A DNA stretch of 28,507 bases from Planctomycetaceae bacterium (GTDB taxonomy: Bacteria > Planctomycetota > Planctomycetia > Pirellulales > Thermoguttaceae). The stretch is from contig DOEZ01000087.1 in NCBI GenBank assembly GCA_003532715.1, positions 1-28,507 of the forward strand. The letters are read 5' to 3'. Under the pieces are notes generated by a model. It ran no database searches. It had not been told where the DNA came from and saw only the letters and a list, made by a program, of their open reading frames with translations. The position numbers and the translations under genes were made by a program. Below, piece after piece: positions 21,401 to 23,751 of this stretch (its first letter is position 1; each line of letters begins with the position of its first letter).

Positions 21401-22283
21401 CCGCCAATTGAGCCGCTGGCGCGGAACCGCTGACCCCGAGAGAGTTGTTGCCGACAGCGCCAGCCACGCCGGCCACGGCCGTGCCGTGATTGTCCGGCCC
21501 AAAAAAGATGCTGATGCCTGGAGACGGATCATTGTCGCCGTCACGGTAGTCGTAACTGAGATCCGCACGGATATTGTTGACCAAATCAGGATGGTCCATT
21601 TGCAGGCTGTCGTCGACAATCCCGATGATCACGCCAGCTCCGGTAACGCTATCCCACGCGGACACAACGTTGGCATCAACGCCGGGAGTGCCGCCAGTCT
21701 GTCCCGTGTTCTGCAAATGCCACTGTTCGCCGAACAAGGAATCGTTTGGAACCGCCATGGGCACCAACTTCTCGGCGACCAACGGATAATAGTAATCGAT
21801 TCCCTCGGCCGCTTGCAGCGTGTTGGCCACGGTTACCCACGACGTTGTCTCCGGGAACTCCCAAATCGTCGCATTTGACAAAACGGGCGCGTACTGTAGG
21901 AAATCGGCGTTGAGCGAGGCGGCGAGTTGCGGGGCGCAGGTGTCGGCCTTGCTTTCGTTGACGCCGACGACCCATTGATAGGTCGAGGCCAGAAGCTCCT
22001 GGTCGTAGCCCGAAAGATCGGACGCCCTGTAGACGGCGCGCGACAGGTTGTCGCTCAAGTAGTTGTAGTCGGTCATCGGGCAGACGATTTGTTCGAGGTC
22101 GTCGAAGCCCGGGGGCGAGGTGATGCTCAACAGCACTCGCTGCTCGAACGTCTCGACCCGAAGCGAACGGCTTCGAAGAGACCCCAACACATCACGCCGG
22201 CCGGGCCACGCGTTCTTGATCTTGGCCGCACTCTTCGGCCGACCAACTCCGGACCAACGGCGAAACGTATCCCAGATCATCAT
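1896..22283 (-). CDS. Giant extracellular multidomain protein (6795 aa): S8 protease/P-domain, metzincin-like, PPC, beta-helix, FG-GAP x2, NIDO, GEVED x4, SdrD-B, Calx-beta, beta-propeller, C-terminal RTX-like repeats
   Basis: Uninterrupted 20.4-kb ORF, ATG at 22283 with GAGGAG 8 nt upstream, TAA at 1896-1898. Strong GC3 bias in this frame (143/160 in eight sampled lines). Recognisable motifs along its whole length. Confidence 0.95.
   Translation of the reverse strand: [6795 protein letters not shown]
3465..3956 (-). other. GEVED domain 4 ([11 protein letters not shown]...NGEVEDY)
   Basis: DxGDAP start, [24 protein letters not shown] and GEVEDY motifs. Confidence 0.85.
3966..5411 (-). other. 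Calx-beta domain split by an 8-repeat beta-propeller (about 4110-5210; TolB-like or Methanosarcina surface-protein-type repeats)
   Basis: Calx-beta N-half VSDIWVVEG...[11 protein letters not shown]...[16 protein letters not shown]; C-half [11 protein letters not shown]...ELDEYF...VSILNDD. Eight xxLTxN...DxxPxISGxxIVW...EI(F/Y)xY repeats lie between them. Confidence 0.75.
5412..5822 (-). other. SdrD B-like domain
   Basis: [35 protein letters not shown]...TGYYEFDGL...YVVR...NFG pattern. Confidence 0.75.
5835..7718 (-). repeat. Three tandem GEVED domains (7230-7718, 6702-7214, 5835-6686); the third carries an internal insert of about 100 aa
   Basis: Each has D(F/Y)GDAP...ARH/AYH...LG...AWIDxNxDG...ARFR...GEVEDY. 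Confidence 0.85.
8598..9224 (-). other. NIDO (nidogen-like) domain
   Basis: [47 protein letters not shown] and [12 protein letters not shown] are hallmark NIDO motifs. Confidence 0.8.
9534..10571 (-). repeat. FG-GAP/VCBS-type repeat block 2, seven Ca-binding DxxxDGxxD-type repeats
   Basis: [63 protein letters not shown]. Confidence 0.85.
15350..17204 (-). other. Right-handed parallel beta-helix (pectin-lyase-like) region of three related units
   Basis: Three (F/L)TSxYDxxxG...GDW units, repeated NN/N-ladder rungs ([16 protein letters not shown]) and WDDTDIVHV twice. Confidence 0.65.
17205..18236 (-). repeat. FG-GAP/VCBS-type repeat block 1, seven Ca-binding repeats
   Basis: [63 protein letters not shown]. 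Confidence 0.85.
18530..18810 (-). other. PPC (bacterial pre-peptidase C-terminal)-like domain; further PPC-like units near 14810-15190 and 13820-14165
   Basis: DVDVYRFEI...[20 protein letters not shown]...[17 protein letters not shown] pattern. Boundaries are approximate. Confidence 0.65.
18903..18965 (-). other. Metzincin zinc-binding motif [11 protein letters not shown] (aa 1107-1117) with Met-turn (TIMG, M1127); M10/matrixin-like metalloprotease
   Basis: Intact HExxHxxGxxH followed 10 residues later by Met. Confidence 0.8.
20286..20640 (-). other. Proprotein-convertase P-domain
   Basis: [28 protein letters not shown]...[26 protein letters not shown]...[12 protein letters not shown]. Confidence 0.85.
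20679..21749 (-). other. Kexin/furin-like S8 serine protease catalytic domain, triad D224/H266/S462 and oxyanion N364 intact
   Basis: GIVDDS (D at 21612-21614), NHGTAVAG (H at 21486-21488), FSAGN (N at 21192-21194), [34 protein letters not shown] (S at 20898-20900), NHNYGFG. Confidence 0.9.
22125..22169 (-). other. Planctomycete extracellular / LEPRxLL-type N-terminal motif ([15 protein letters not shown], aa 39-53)
   Basis: Variant of RxLxxExLExRxLL after a basic leader with no hydrophobic segment. Confidence 0.75.
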
Positions 22284-22291
22284 GTCTCGGT

Positions 22292-22297
22292 CTCCTC
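22292..22297 (-). promoter_or_regulatory. Shine-Dalgarno site GAGGAG of the 6795-aa gene
   Basis: Minus strand TTC-GAGGAG-ACCGAGAC-ATG, 8-nt spacing. Confidence 0.75.
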
Positions 22298-22315
22298 GAA
22301 ATATACCCTGAAGCG

Positions 22316-22336
22316 GCGGCGCGAAATTCGCGCCGC
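22316..22336. repeat. Perfect 10-bp inverted repeat GCGGCGCGAA-A-TTCGCGCCGC
   Basis: Arms 22316-22325 and 22327-22336 are exact reverse complements; no U-tract on either side. Confidence 0.7.
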
Positions 22337-22382
22337 GCCCTCGTTCCCTAACAGGTCAAATTGATTGTCCGCGTGTCGTTTC

Positions 22383-22397
22383 CCGCGAGGGTCGCGG
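22383..22397 (-). repeat. Small hairpin CCGCGA-NNN-TCGCGG immediately after the stop codon of the upstream giant gene
   Basis: 6-bp all-pairing stem with a 3-nt loop, 1 nt after the TAG at 22399-22401. Confidence 0.35.
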
Positions 22398-22398
22398 T

Positions 22399-23751
22399 CT
22401 ACCGGTCTCTCCAATTTCCTTCCATGGCCAGCACGAAATCGAGTTCCGACGCGACGTCCTTCGTGTCGTCGCCGCCTTGCATGGACTTCGCGACAACGCT
22501 CTCGAAACAGCAGGCCCAGTAGTTGAACTGATCGTTCGACAACCGGAGCCAGTTGTCGGCCGCATCGAGATGGTCGGCCATCGCCGAATCGTACAGCACG
22601 GCCTGATCGTATCCGCCGTTCTCCTCGCGTCCGAAGACGTTCACCTGGCGGAAGCCGTGGGCGCGGTTCGAGTAGGCGTTGCTCGACAGTTGAGCGTAAT
22701 TCTGCGCGGTCAACAACGTGTCGTCGCCCGCCGAATCGTACAGCACGGCCAGGTCGTTGCCCTGGCTTCCGTAGCCGGTGACGTAGCGGAACGAATCGAC
22801 TTGGATTTTGTATCCGTCGCCGGAGAGCGCGCCGTAATTCGGACCCGCAACGAAGGTGTCGTCGCCGGCCGAATCGTACAGTTGGGCCGTGTCGGTCCCG
22901 CCCTGGCCATAGGCCAGCACGAACGAGAAGCCGTCGGCACGGCAGTAGAAGCCGTCGCCCTGGAATTGGGCGTAGGTCCGGTCGGCCTTGAACGTGTCGT
23001 TGCCGGCGGAGCCGTACATCTTGGCGGTATCCGCACCGCCGGCGGTCGAGGCGACCACCATCCCGTCGAACCCCTCGGCATAGAGGTAGTACGTCGATTG
23101 GTCGTCGCGCAACTGGACGTAACCGGCCGTCGACTCGAAGCGATCGTTACCGGGCGAGTCGGCGAAGTTAACGGTGTCCAAGCCGCCCGCCGTGGCGAAA
23201 GCCTTGACGTTGTCGAACGACTTGGCGACGATCGTGTAGTCGCCGTCGGTCAACGCGGCCGATTGGTGCGAGGCCGTGAACGCGTCGTCGCCGGCCGCGT
23301 CGTACAGCGTCGCCTGATCGTAGCCACCCGCCTCGGAACGCACTTCGACGGTCTCGAAGGCGTTGGCGGCGAGGCTGAATCCCGCGCCGGTCAGGCCCGT
23401 CTGAGCCTTGCGGCCCGTAAACGTGTCGTCGCCGGCCGAATCATGGAGAAGCGCCGCGTCGTTTCCGCCGCCGCCGCTGGCCGTGATCGATTCGACGTTC
23501 TCGACCGTGACGGTGTAGTCGATGCTCGACAAAACGCCGCGGGTGGGCCACAGCTCGACCGAATCGTCGGCGGCCGACCCGGTGAACACGACCGTATCCG
23601 CGCCGCCGAGTCCGTCGAAGCGGACCGTGGCGGTGGTGCTCGGCACGCTCTGCACGACGCCGTTGAGCTTGACGATCCACGCACCCGGCACCGGGCCGCC
23701 GACGAACTCGAAGACGTCGTTGCCCGAGGTGCCCGTCAGGACCAACTCGGT
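22399..23751 (-). repeat. C-terminal block of 8 approx. 45-aa RTX-derived repeats plus terminal motif ELDFVLAMEGNW
   Basis: GG(Y/T/A/L)[14 protein letters not shown]...GFxxVxA repeats read from the translation. Confidence 0.8.

Noticed and set aside
22197-22283. Twin-arginine (Tat) signal from RRW/RRD in the leader
   Set aside because: No hydrophobic h-region follows either RR pair, and the protein is far larger than typical Tat cargo.
22298-22365. Internal sigma70 promoter in the giant-giant spacer (TTGACC and TATATT on the minus strand)
   Set aside because: The two hexamers are not correctly spaced, and a start site after TATATT would fall within the Shine-Dalgarno.
1896-23751. Calling the giants classical RTX/type I secretion substrates
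   Set aside because: The repeats are not canonical GGxGxDxLx nonapeptides and no ABC/MFP/TolC genes are in the window. Not excluded genome-wide, but not supported here.
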